Shown: piece after piece, positions 1 to 10,302 of the stretch | Layout: each line of letters starts with the position of its first letter | Position numbering within the stretch: position 1 is the stretch's first letter | Source of the DNA: Setoptus koraiensis | Lineage: Eukaryota > Animalia > Arthropoda | Reading direction: 5' to 3' | Assembly: GCA_048013815.1 (NCBI GenBank) | Contig: CM106585.1 | Location: 3,224,001 to 3,288,000 of the forward strand | DNA length: 64,000 bases | Made by a program: the position numbers and the translations under genes | The notes under the pieces: generated by a model | The model's database searches: none | The model's input: only the letters and a program-made list of their open reading frames with translations | Told to the model about the DNA's origin: nothing

Positions 1-804
1 ACGCTGGGTGTGAGTCCCATCATCGGCTACGAACTCTTCCGAGTGGTTGACCACTCGGTGTTCGTAGCCTAGGGCTTCTAGGCCACTGTAGGCCGCCCAG
101 CCATCCGTGTGGATGACGCTGCCCGAGCGGACGTGTCGCTGGATGATCGGCTCCAGGTCCGCTCTCGAGCGGCCTGGGCAGATCTCCATCGCGACCGCCC
201 CGTCCTCGTCGATCATACCGAGCACCCAGGTGCGGCCCGGTATGACTCGGCCGCGGTTATATTTCCGCCGGCCGATCAGCGCCTCGTCCACCTGGACGAT
301 TTTCCCCCGGCCACCGATCATAGATCGGGGCCATGGCTTGGGGGCCACGTCCACCACGAACTCGCGGAACATCGTAAACCATCTTGCGATGGTCGTCTTG
401 GCGACGATGTCTTCCGCCTCAAAGAGGCAGTTCCGCTGGGTAGCCTCGTAGCTGTCCCCATTGGCAAAACAAAGTGCTAACATGAGCACTTTGCCAAGGG
501 GTAGCCTTGTGTCCTCGAAGGCGGTGCCCCCTAGAGCTGACAGTCTGTCGTCACATCGGCGACAGCGCCAGAAGAGCTTGCCTTCGATGACTTCGAGGCT
601 CCGTGGCTTTCTGTGGATCCGGCATTGCTTGCGGGTCCCGAGGATCCCGGCGTCCATACACCATTGGGCACATGCTAGGGTATCCCCCAAATGTGCCTCA
701 CGGTACAGACGAACCGGACCCCAGTGACCCCTCAGCATTGGTGCCGGTATCGAGTCCTGGCTCTCCACCTCGGTATATTCGTCGGTCTGCGAATCTTTAT
801 CCAT
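1..804 (-). CDS. Merlin (IS1016/IS1595-like) DDE transposase, 3' end outside window; missed by the ORF track
   Basis: Manual minus-strand translation from ATG at 804-802 is open to base 1: MDKDSQTD...WRCRRCDDRLSALGGTAFEDTRLPL...IGGRGKIVQVDEALIGRRKYNRGR...WVLG...IQRHVRSGSVIHTDGWAAYSGL..GYEHRVVNHSEEFVADDGTHTQR; these are hallmark Merlin/IS1595 motifs. Confidence 0.93.
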   Translation of the reverse strand, partial: MDKDSQTDEYTEVESQDSIPAPMLRGHWGPVRLYREAHLGDTLACAQWCMDAGILGTRKQCRIHRKPRSLEVIEGKLFWRCRRCDDRLSALGGTAFEDTRLPLGKVLMLALCFANGDSYEATQRNCLFEAEDIVAKTTIARWFTMFREFVVDVAPKPWPRSMIGGRGKIVQVDEALIGRRKYNRGRVIPGRTWVLGMIDEDGAVAMEICPGRSRADLEPIIQRHVRSGSVIHTDGWAAYSGLEALGYEHRVVNHSEEFVADDGTHTQR

Positions 805-1451
805 TGTAGTGCCTGTAGATATTGGGTGAAAAGAGAAGAAATGGTTAGTGAAGAAAATGGTCCAATGTGTGCATCCCTATATATGAACAGAGCGTACCAA
901 TTGATTACAGTTCGTACAGGGCGTTCTTTAATTGTTCATTTGTCTCCTGACATATCTAATTGAGGCAAATCATCATGAATCGTTCCACCAAGTCATTAGT
1001 TAAGAAAATTTTCATAGAATTTCAGCATTGGAGGTTCTATGTGGCGTTAATGCCTCAGATCCCCCCGAAGTATCCTGCTGAGCATACCCCTGGCACAGAA
1101 TCAATTCTGCGCATGATCAGAATTAAGTCCGCACACGCTCAGAATTGAGTCTGCACATGCTCAGATTGAGTTCTGTGCAAGCGCACGGAGCAGAAACGCT
1201 CCTATCTCCAGAATACCCTCGATATCTCCCGAACCGGAAGTCGCAGAAACTGAAGAATGAGTTTAGCATGATCAGCATGCTCTAATCAATCAGTCAACCG
1301 AGTTTCATTGCCGTAGCTCTCTTTTTTTGTAAAACCGGAACCGGAAGTTTCCGCACTTCCGGACCACTCAAACTGTTGTCAGGGGGCCCTACGGGCCCCA
1401 TGTGTGAAGTTTCATCGAAATCTGACTGGGTCGCTAATCGCTACAACACCC
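1..1451 (-). mobile_element. Autonomous Merlin transposon, 5' part with TIR
   Basis: TIR GGGTGTTGTAGCGA (reverse complement at 1438-1451) upstream of the transposase matches the termini of TSD-flanked MITEs elsewhere; subterminal CCGGAAGTTTCCGCACTTCCGG module at about 1342-1363. Confidence 0.85.
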
Positions 1452-1574
1452 CGCTCTTACTGTAGAGTCATTCTAGATTGTAGCTCAACGAGTACACATA
1501 CATTTGCAATAAACTATCTTAAATCATAACAATACAATCTAGAATCTGTTTAAAAGTATCAAATACATCGAATT

Positions 1575-3576
1575 ATGGCAAAAAAGAGGGTCAACCAGAC
1601 TGCACAAGAGAACTCTTCTGCCAATGAGGCTCTGATTGAGACTATTGAGCAGAAGTTCGAGTCTATGTCGTCTGTTCTGGCTAGTCTGGTTACACGTTTG
1701 GAGGATATCGAGAAGTCGAGAGAGTACGAGGTTCCAAGACCAACACCTACCAAAGCGATGGATCTTGATAAGAAGAGAAGTCTTAAGATCAAGAGATTCA
1801 CTGGCGACGATCAGTCAGCTACTGGAGCCCAGTGGCTACTTCACTATGAGAGACTCGCGGATGACTATGGCTGGTCCGATCAATGGAAGTCAGATAACCT
1901 GCTCTCTCATTTGGATGGTGTCGCCCATCGCTGGCTATGTTCTTGCGCACCAGATAGAAAGCCATGGTCTGAGATGAAACAACTCTTTGAGAAGAGATTC
2001 GTTTGCAGCAAGACTGATGCCTGGGACAAGATCTCTAAGATAAGATGGGAGCCTGCAACCGAGACGCTACAGAGCTTCTATGATAGGATTTGTGTATTGG
2101 GTGGTATAGCTGGGTTTGAAGAAGAATACATCATATATCTGTTGAACATGTCAGTACCAGAGGAGTTTAGTGGATTGATTAGGGTGGCCAAATCACGCTC
2201 GTTGTCTGATTGGATCTAAAACATGATATTGATAGTGGCCAAACCGGCAAAACCAAAGAAGTTTTGTGCAGCGTTGGAAAGCAAAGGAAGTGGCAATGAG
2301 TCACAGGTCGGCATAGAGTCGAGGCTTGGCAATGAGTCAAGAGGTGAGTTGCACAACCTGGAGACACGAGGTATCAAGAGGCGATTCGACAGAAGAGAGC
2401 GTTTGCGCTGTTTCAATTGCCAATCAGATAGGCATCTGATAGCAGACTGCCCGGCCCCCAAGAAGAACAGACCATCGTTCGCTGAGCGGAGAGAGGATAG
2501 CGGCGTAGTTGCTAGTACTAGCGAACAGTCGCAGTTATAGCAATTAGCCGAAGGTACGGAGAAGGTTGAAGAGTTCTGGCATATACCGGTACAACTGGGC
2601 ATCGAGTCCAAGAGAGTGTATGCTGCTGCTCTGTACGATTCAGCCTCATCCGTCTCGGTCCTGTCACCGAGTTTCTGTGAGAAGATAGGTCTTGGTTGGT
2701 GCAAAAGAAGTGTACAATTGGATACAATGAGTAGTGTAGGAGCGGTTTCAGAAGGATATGTCAGGATTGAAGTTACGATCAACGGTCTCTCGCACGAGAT
2801 CGCGTTTGAGATCATAGAGAATGACATTGCTAGCGTTCTTCTTGGTAAGAATGACGCTCTAAAGTTCGGTTATAAAGCTGTTGGGCCTGTATTCTGTGAT
2901 CCAGAGATATCAAAGAGTAGATTTGTATCAACCATAGCCGGCACACAAGACCTGGAGGCCATGATCAACAAACTCAAGGGTGAGTTTGACATGCTATTTG
3001 CGAAATCGGCTTATGATGTCGGATTGTTAGAAGGATTTGAACTTGAAATCAAACTCAAAGAGGATAAATCAGTCTATTGTAGACCCAGGAGGTATCCGGA
3101 GGTAGATCAGAAGCTGATCGATGATCATGTATTAGCATGCTTGGAGGCTGGTCTCATTCGGAAGTCAAACTCGAGCTTCGCATCTCAGATACTATTGGTT
3201 AAAGGGGAGAACAAGAACGCTCGAGTCTGTGTGGATTATCGCAAGTTGAACGAAATCACTGTCGCAGATCGGTACCCAATACCTGTGATCGATGAATTGG
3301 TCCAAGATCTACATGGATCCAAGTGTTTCTCGAAGTTGGACTTAGTGAAAGGGTATCACCAGCTGAAAATCAAGGAAGAAGACGTTCATAAGACAGCATT
3401 TGTCATCAAGAACGGTCTATACGAGTGGTTGAGAGTGCCATTCGGCCTGAAAAACGCGCCGGCAGTGTTCCAGAGAGCTATAGAGGCAGTTCTTGAACCA
3501 TGCAAACAGTTCGCAATGGTGTACTTTGATGACATTGTGATTCACTCTAGGAATAGCAATGAGCACTTCGTCCATC
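1575..3576 (+). pseudogene. gag-pol: Ty3/gypsy element A gag-pro-RT, disrupted
   Basis: Gag with CCHC knuckle (CFNCQSDRHLIADC), protease LYDSA, RT motifs (CVDYRKLN, LDLVKGYHQ, PFGLKNAP, YFDD). In-frame TAA at 2217-2219 (GAA in the second copy near 36180), TAG at 2538-2540; cut at 3576 by element B. Confidence 0.9.
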
Positions 3577-3718
3577 TGTTAAGTTCGACTACTTCGTATG
3601 CTGTTTCTATCTATACTAACTTTATTTCTTATTTCTACAACTATATATATACTAAAGGAGCACCCTGTATATTTAGGGTGCTACATCGAATTATGTAATT
3701 TTGGGCATGCGCATAACA
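3577..3718 (-). repeat. 3' LTR of element B
   Basis: TGTTATGC...CTTAACA in element sense; TATATATA and AATAAA inside; identical to 10162-10302. Confidence 0.95.
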
Positions 3719-3730
3719 TCCCCCTCCCCT
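3719..3730 (-). other. Polypurine tract of element B
   Basis: AGGGGAGGGGGA between the ORF stop and the 3' LTR. Confidence 0.9.
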
Positions 3731-6700
3731 TCAGACAGTCGGTGGAGGTGGTACAAAGTTGGCAGTGTTGACACTGCTATTATAGCGTATCGATGCCGAG
3801 CTGTATACGTGGTCGTTTAATTCGACTGGTTCAGCCGTTTTTTTCTGAATAGAGAATCTGCTCAGAAATTTGATGACCCGATACGCGACATAGACCGCCA
3901 TTACTCCTCCTATGCTTCCAAGAGCCAAGAAAATCAAATCGTTATTTTGTTTGAGGTATTGTACCTGTTTTATTGGGTCTGTCAGGTTTATGAGGCTCGG
4001 ATCCATCCCTCCAGTGATACGTTGTAATTCCTTGACCTTATCAATTAATTCCGCTGTCATGTCTTCGTGACCACTACTGATCCATTTGTCTGTGATCTGC
4101 GTGTCTAGAGGTTCGCTGATCGGTAAAATGCTTCTTGCCTCTTGATAGTTTTGCCAAGTCTGGCCCTGTAATTCCCACGACACATCTGCACCTAGCTTAA
4201 AAACATATGGAGGACATTGTCTTAATTTGCCCTCTACCGTGATATTATTATTGATACAATATATAAACACATGTTTTCCTGTTATCTTTATCGCCGCTTC
4301 GGGTGAGATGTGCGAGAGGTCTTTCATGCATACCACTTCTTTCCATTCCCTTGGTGTTGTTTTGACCATTAAGTTGACTCTTCGACAAGTTGCCATCGAG
4401 TATTGTCCTGCTGGTACATTTGGTACTGTAATCGTACAGTTGGAAGTGGCATTGTAGATACTATAAGAATCCCCTACGTATTCTTGTAAGCATGGCTTCT
4501 TTGTAAGGTTTGTGTAATGCCTGAACGGATCGGCTTGTAGTATGGAAGTTTTCTTGTCAACTTCTCGAGCTGTAAATCGGAGTTTAACGATATTTGGGCC
4601 CAGCATGGTACAAGAGTGTGCCATTGATGAAAGAATATCAATGTTTTTGAATTCATCGATTTTCAAAAATGCTCCTAATTCGGGTACTACCATCCCACTC
4701 CTCCAGGCTGATACAATCTTAGCTAGATTGCTGCCTGCGTCGTGAATGGTGTTTTGCACGATTAACGTTCTCCATGTTTGCTGGGGCCATAGTCTGGCCA
4801 TATCGTTGATTTCTTTGGTGTTCGTCGTCACCTGCTTTGCAAGGGTCCTTATAACCTCGTTTTGTGCCCTTTCGTTGAAATAAGCTTCATTCTCGTGTAG
4901 CTTGAGTTTATTTAGCTCAACCGATAGTAGGGTGATCTTTTCGTCGTCGCTACGTTCGCTCGGCCCTCTGAACCATCCTCTTATAGACTCCATAAGGCTA
5001 GAAGCTACATATTCAAGGGCTATGCCCGTGCCGATCTCTAATACTTGACGTTTCACTTTATTATTCGTGGTATCATTTGATTCGCGAACGGGTCTGGTGG
5101 TTGGGCCGCACCAATTCTTGAACGTGGCCATGACCTCGTTGTCGTACAAACGTTGGCACATTGTATACAATTGGTCGTTAACTGCTTTATCCGTAAGTCC
5201 CAAATTCACGCACGGTGATCTTAGGGCTATTGTAAGATCCCATGTCTTGCTATTAGACAATACAAGTTTGTCGGTACGACGCCATACTACAGGGGACTCT
5301 TGTATGTGTAGTTGCCCTGCTACGCAGGCAATTGATAGCATTATTAATGAAATTATTGAAGCCGTGCTTGTTCCTGCTCTAGGCGTTCGACTGCTATCGT
5401 AAAGCACTGTGTCGTTGCTGTCTACACTGTCGTGATCACTGGCTACGCTGTCATGGTCACTCTCGTTATTGCTCGTGTTGTTACCACGCCGAACTACTGC
5501 TTTCAGGCAACTAACGTGTCTTTTTATTTTTTTGGAGCTAGATGTGTTCTTTAGCTCATAAATGTTGTTACCGAGGTTTTTGGTAACCACGTATGGGCCT
5601 TCGTAGTTGTCCGCGAGCTTCTTACCCCGTACGTCTTTTTTGAATACCCATACGTAGGCGTCGACTGGGAACTCTCGGTGTTTATGTCTGCTGTCGTAGA
5701 AATCTTTGCTTGTTACTTGTTGATTTCTGTTGTTCATGTTTGCTTCGGCACTAACTATCGCTAGTTGCGTTTGTATCAACTTAGAGTATAATTGGTGTAC
5801 GGTTGTACTTTCTGCTCGTGTGGACTCACAGTGATTGAGTGGCTGTCTGCCATACATTAACTCAAATGGTGAGCACTTTGTTGCCGAATGGACGGTTGTA
5901 TTAATACTGAATACTGCTGCGGCAAGAGCGTCGTCCCAGTGATCCACTTGATACTGGTCGTTATTGTTCATTATCATCGCTATCTTATTACTCAGTGTTT
6001 GATTTACTCGCTCTACCACTGCGTTCCCTTGGGAGTGCAGTGGTGTTGACTTGATGTGCGTCACGTTGCATAATTTCATTATTTCTTTCACTACCTCGGC
6101 GCCAAAAGTGGCTGCATTATCGGACAGTATCTGTTTGGGCGGGCCATAGCGAAAGTAAATATTGTTCATAAAAAATTTAGCAAACTCAATTGCCGTGGTG
6201 CTCTCAGTGGCTGCTGCTTCCACGAAGCGAGTGAACATGTCGATTGCGACCATTATGGTTGTATTTGCTCGTTGAGTAGCCTTCCACGGACCGATACAGT
6301 CGATTGCTACACATTCAAAAACGTCGTCTACAACAAATGAATTCATCAAACCAAGCGTTTTTTCCGTAGGGCGCTTTCTTCTTTGACAAACTTCACACGA
6401 ATCGACATAATCCTTTATATCCGAGATCATGGTAGGCCACCAGTAATTCTTTTTTATGCGATCTATCGTCGCCTGTCTCCCTCCGTGTCCAGCCATCAGA
6501 TCATCATGGCTCTTTTTTAAGATATTGTTTCGCATGCCGCTTGGTAGATACAATTTGTTGCCATGATATAAGACGCCGTCGACTGTTGTCATAGCATCTT
6601 CGCTTTTTTGGGCTTTTTGCAGCAACGCTTGCGCTTCAACGGAGCTGTCATATGTCTCTACCCACTCGTCTACATTGACTGGCAAAATCATGAAGATGTA

Positions 6701-9700
6701 TGCTATGACTTCGTCTAGCCTATCTTCGCTCGATGTCACTGGTGATCGCGACAAACAATCGACGTCTTTGTGTTCACCACCCTTGACGTATTGTATTGTC
6801 ATATTATACTCACTCAGGATGATGCTCCAGCGCTCCAATTGTGGGGTATTAGGTTTCCCTTTGTTAAGGACACATAAAGGACAATGGTCTACTAGTATAG
6901 TAAAATGCTTTCCTAGCAAATACGGTCTGAATCGCTGTATCGACCACATCATGGCTAGGCCTTCTTGTCTCGTGATTGCCCAATTACGTTCATGTGAGTT
7001 GAGATGTCGTGAGCAGCACGCCACGATCATCCAATTACCATTTTTGTCTTTTTGTTGCAATATCCCGCCGATGCCAGTGGAACATGCGTCGGTTTTAAGC
7101 CTTGTTTCGCGTCTGTGATCATAACATGATACGCATAAATCGGACGACAACAATCTTTTGAGTTTGGAGAAAGCGTTTTTCTGTTGCTCACCCCAGCGCC
7201 ACTCTTCTCCTTTCCTAGTTAAGACTGAAAGTGGCTCTGTTATTTCTGCCAGGTTTGGAATCAACCGTCTATAATATGAAACCATGCCGTTGAAGCGTTG
7301 CACTTCTTGTGCGTTCGTTGGAGCTGCCATATCTGTGATCGCTCTCACGTTCTCGGGATCTGGGCGAATGCCGTCTCTCGAGATCACATGTCCGAGAAAT
7401 GTTATGGTATTGGCCCCGATTGTACATTTGGACGGCTGTATTACCAGGTTAGCATTCTTCACGCATTCTAGTACTCTATCAATAGCACTTACATGTTCCG
7501 ACCATGTTTTAGACGCGATACACGTGTCGTCTATATAAACCATTAAGTCTACGCCGCGTAGACCACTGAACACATTATCCACTAGTTTCTGAAACGATGC
7601 CCCGCTATTGCACAGCCCGAAGGGCATGCAGTTAAACTGCCAATGGCCTTCATGGGTGCGGAACGCCGTAATTTCCTTCGAACCTGGCTCCATCGGGATC
7701 TGCCAGTATCCGCTTGCAAAGTCGAACAGCGTAAAATAACATTTATCGCCCATAAAATCAAGGCAATCATCCAGGCGAGGTAACGGGTATACGTTTTTCT
7801 TTGTTACCTCGTTAACCTTCCTATAATCTACACAGAATCTCCATTGGCCGTTCTTCTTCTTAACAAGAACGTATGCGCTGGCCCATGGAGAGTTCGACTC
7901 CTCGATGATTCCTTTTTTCAACATGTCAGTTATCTGTTCTTTGACAGCTTGTTTTTCTACTTCCGCATGTCTGCGGAGTGGTTCAGCCACTGGCTTGGCC
8001 CCTTCGATCAGCTCGATGCGGTGTTCGGCCTTGTCAGTTTTCCCTAGCTGACCGTTGAATGCAAATACGCCCTTGTACTTATTCATTAGGCGCTTCACAT
8101 CTTTTAATTGGTGCGAGTTGAGGTTGTCGCCTACATTTATGGTGTTGCCCTGCTCGTCAACTTCCATTACGAGGTTAATGTCGCACTCGTTGGTTGTCTC
8201 AACCGCTGTTGATTCAAACCTAGCCACGACGGCTCCGGCCTGTACCTGTATGGTGCACGGAGTCGGGTTCATCACTGCGATGGCCTTGTCGTCGTTTGAG
8301 CCGCATAAGGTATTTGCGACTTTCAATTCACAGTTGTTATTGGACGGTAAGACGATGCATTCGCAAGTGTTGCTGGCTCTTACCGGGAGGAACATCTGCG
8401 ACCTAGCTGGTATTTTTACTGTGGAGCTAGCGAAAACTGGTCCTCCTCCTTCTGTGTTGAGGTTTTCGTCATTCGTTTCGTCGATCATAATGGCATTAAC
8501 TTCAGTTTTCTCGTCGTCCGTGAATGACACCGTGTCATCCGCGTTATTTATTGCGATCTTAAATAGCTTCAGCCAATCCCGTCCTAATATCACATTTTGA
8601 GGCAGGTTCCTTATGACTACAAATCGCTGTAAAGTGGTCTTGGTGGTATTATCTACCCTTAGCGCCAAGACTTGTTTTGTTATACCTACAACCGTTAGTG
8701 GTAGGTTGTTGGCTGCTTTAAGCGTGCAATTCGACTTGGATATTTCGAATCCATACTTTATTGCAATTCGCTCGCTCATTACGCATTGCAGAGCACCGCT
8801 ATCGATGAGGCTCTCTATTTGGAACCCCCCTAGGTCTGGCATGACTTTCACAAAATCGACGTCACTAGTCCCGTCTATACCTAAAATAACATGTATGTGC
8901 GATGTGCGAACTACTTCGCCCTCTCTGTGTTCTTCAACGTTGCTTGTTGACGGGGTTGGTTGTTGTTCTTTTCGCTGTGGCGGCTTGGCGTCCTTGCCGA
9001 TCGGAACGTTTTCTAACGATGAGCCGTCTTTTTTGGTCTTCGAATAACATTCGCGTGCCATATGCCCATTTCTATCGCACCTAAAACAAGCTCTTGGCTC
9101 TTTCTTCTTGTTATTCGACTTATTCGACTTATTAGATTTCTCTTTGTTTTTTTTGGTTTGAGGACGTGCATCTTGCTTATCGCTACCTGTGCTGACCACG
9201 TTCACCGACCTTGGTTTTGATTTTGCGATGCCTGCTTCAATTTTGAGGCATATCTCTATTAGCTTCGCGTAGGTATCTGGCTGTTCCATTGCCAGGGTTC
9301 TTTGGAACGATGGCAAAATTCTATCTGCCACTTTCTGTACTTGCTTCGCTTCGGACAACGACGGGTCGTGCAGGTTCAGCATAGCCCTCATATCCGCGAT
9401 GAAGTCGTTTACTCTCTCATTTGGAGCTTGTTGTTTCAAGTCGATTTGGCGACCGAGCACTGCTTCGCTAGTTCGTGAACCATAATTAGCATTGAATTGC
9501 TTCTCTATACTATTCCATGTTGGATCGCCTGTTAATTTCGGCTTTACGTCGTACATATACCACCTCAACGCACTCTCTTCTAAAAATGCGGGGAAGTATT
9601 TAACTTTCTGTTCTTCGCTCCAACTGTTAAGATCACAACAGAAAGAGTATTCTTCAAGCCATAACTTTGGATATTCCAATTTTCCATTGAACATTTTTGG

Positions 9701-10081
9701 CTTTCTCACTAACTTATGCATATCAATTCCGGCCATTGCATTCCAATCTACTTCACTCGCCCCGCTCCTTTGATCACTAGGTTCTGGCTCTGTGAACGCG
9801 AAGTGCGATATTAGCTGATTTAACGCTGCTGTGCAATAGTCTTTCACGCCCTTTGGCTGATTGCATTTGTTTACCAGTTGTAATATGTAGGGAAGTATCT
9901 CCTGTGAGATTTTCGGGCTTCTTCTTTCAATAAGCTTCTCTATCTGGATTACTTTCTCGTAATCCACTTCTTGACCTTGCTGGCTTGGGTTCGCTGGGTC
10001 TCGACCTGCACCTAATTTTGGTATCTGACTTTTATCTTTATCTAAACTTGATTGGCTTGCTTTATCTTCGTCTTTATCCAT
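3731..10081 (-). CDS. gag-pol-env: Gag-PR-RT-RNaseH-IN-Env single polyprotein (first ATG at 10081)
   Basis: CFRCDRNGHMAREC, LIDSGA, YIDD, KTDAC, HHCC plus DDE integrase, GPY; then hydrophobic signal IISLIMLSIACVAG, Cys-rich ectodomain, KVKR furin-like site, C-terminal TM LIFLALGSIGGVMAVYVAY. Confidence 0.95.
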   Translation of the reverse strand: MDKDEDKASQSSLDKDKSQIPKLGAGRDPANPSQQGQEVDYEKVIQIEKLIERRSPKISQEILPYILQLVNKCNQPKGVKDYCTAALNQLISHFAFTEPEPSDQRSGASEVDWNAMAGIDMHKLVRKPKMFNGKLEYPKLWLEEYSFCCDLNSWSEEQKVKYFPAFLEESALRWYMYDVKPKLTGDPTWNSIEKQFNANYGSRTSEAVLGRQIDLKQQAPNERVNDFIADMRAMLNLHDPSLSEAKQVQKVADRILPSFQRTLAMEQPDTYAKLIEICLKIEAGIAKSKPRSVNVVSTGSDKQDARPQTKKNKEKSNKSNKSNNKKKEPRACFRCDRNGHMARECYSKTKKDGSSLENVPIGKDAKPPQRKEQQPTPSTSNVEEHREGEVVRTSHIHVILGIDGTSDVDFVKVMPDLGGFQIESLIDSGALQCVMSERIAIKYGFEISKSNCTLKAANNLPLTVVGITKQVLALRVDNTTKTTLQRFVVIRNLPQNVILGRDWLKLFKIAINNADDTVSFTDDEKTEVNAIMIDETNDENLNTEGGGPVFASSTVKIPARSQMFLPVRASNTCECIVLPSNNNCELKVANTLCGSNDDKAIAVMNPTPCTIQVQAGAVVARFESTAVETTNECDINLVMEVDEQGNTINVGDNLNSHQLKDVKRLMNKYKGVFAFNGQLGKTDKAEHRIELIEGAKPVAEPLRRHAEVEKQAVKEQITDMLKKGIIEESNSPWASAYVLVKKKNGQWRFCVDYRKVNEVTKKNVYPLPRLDDCLDFMGDKCYFTLFDFASGYWQIPMEPGSKEITAFRTHEGHWQFNCMPFGLCNSGASFQKLVDNVFSGLRGVDLMVYIDDTCIASKTWSEHVSAIDRVLECVKNANLVIQPSKCTIGANTITFLGHVISRDGIRPDPENVRAITDMAAPTNAQEVQRFNGMVSYYRRLIPNLAEITEPLSVLTRKGEEWRWGEQQKNAFSKLKRLLSSDLCVSCYDHRRETRLKTDACSTGIGGILQQKDKNGNWMIVACCSRHLNSHERNWAITRQEGLAMMWSIQRFRPYLLGKHFTILVDHCPLCVLNKGKPNTPQLERWSIILSEYNMTIQYVKGGEHKDVDCLSRSPVTSSEDRLDEVIAYIFMILPVNVDEWVETYDSSVEAQALLQKAQKSEDAMTTVDGVLYHGNKLYLPSGMRNNILKKSHDDLMAGHGGRQATIDRIKKNYWWPTMISDIKDYVDSCEVCQRRKRPTEKTLGLMNSFVVDDVFECVAIDCIGPWKATQRANTTIMVAIDMFTRFVEAAATESTTAIEFAKFFMNNIYFRYGPPKQILSDNAATFGAEVVKEIMKLCNVTHIKSTPLHSQGNAVVERVNQTLSNKIAMIMNNNDQYQVDHWDDALAAAVFSINTTVHSATKCSPFELMYGRQPLNHCESTRAESTTVHQLYSKLIQTQLAIVSAEANMNNRNQQVTSKDFYDSRHKHREFPVDAYVWVFKKDVRGKKLADNYEGPYVVTKNLGNNIYELKNTSSSKKIKRHVSCLKAVVRRGNNTSNNESDHDSVASDHDSVDSNDTVLYDSSRTPRAGTSTASIISLIMLSIACVAGQLHIQESPVVWRRTDKLVLSNSKTWDLTIALRSPCVNLGLTDKAVNDQLYTMCQRLYDNEVMATFKNWCGPTTRPVRESNDTTNNKVKRQVLEIGTGIALEYVASSLMESIRGWFRGPSERSDDEKITLLSVELNKLKLHENEAYFNERAQNEVIRTLAKQVTTNTKEINDMARLWPQQTWRTLIVQNTIHDAGSNLAKIVSAWRSGMVVPELGAFLKIDEFKNIDILSSMAHSCTMLGPNIVKLRFTAREVDKKTSILQADPFRHYTNLTKKPCLQEYVGDSYSIYNATSNCTITVPNVPAGQYSMATCRRVNLMVKTTPREWKEVVCMKDLSHISPEAAIKITGKHVFIYCINNNITVEGKLRQCPPYVFKLGADVSWELQGQTWQNYQEARSILPISEPLDTQITDKWISSGHEDMTAELIDKVKELQRITGGMDPSLINLTDPIKQVQYLKQNNDLIFLALGSIGGVMAVYVAYRVIKFLSRFSIQKKTAEPVELNDHVYSSASIRYNSSVNTANFVPPPPTV

Positions 10082-10146
10082 CCAGTTATATTTCTTTTTC
10101 ACGTTGTGTTATTGTTTTTCGTCAACCAAATCTTCTTTTTTGAAGT

Positions 10147-10161
10147 TAGGTTGCCGCACCA
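10147..10161 (-). other. Primer binding site of element B
   Basis: TGGTGCGGCAACCTA immediately after the 5' LTR; cognate tRNA not identified. Confidence 0.75.
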
Positions 10162-10302
10162 TGTTAAGTTCGACTACTTCGTATGCTGTTTCTATCTATA
10201 CTAACTTTATTTCTTATTTCTACAACTATATATATACTAAAGGAGCACCCTGTATATTTAGGGTGCTACATCGAATTATGTAATTTTGGGCATGCGCATA
10301 AC
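10162..10302 (-). repeat. 5' LTR of element B
   Basis: Identical to 3577-3718, abuts the N gap. Confidence 0.95.

Noticed and set aside
1-804. Bacterial IS1595 contamination; plus-strand ORFs 107-809
   Set aside because: The TIR family is integrated in eukaryotic retroelements with TSDs throughout the window, consistent with eukaryotic Merlin. The plus-strand ORFs are antisense shadows of the transposase.
2214-2225. Programmed stop within gypsy A gag
   Set aside because: The second copy has GAA (Glu) at this codon, so it is a private mutation.
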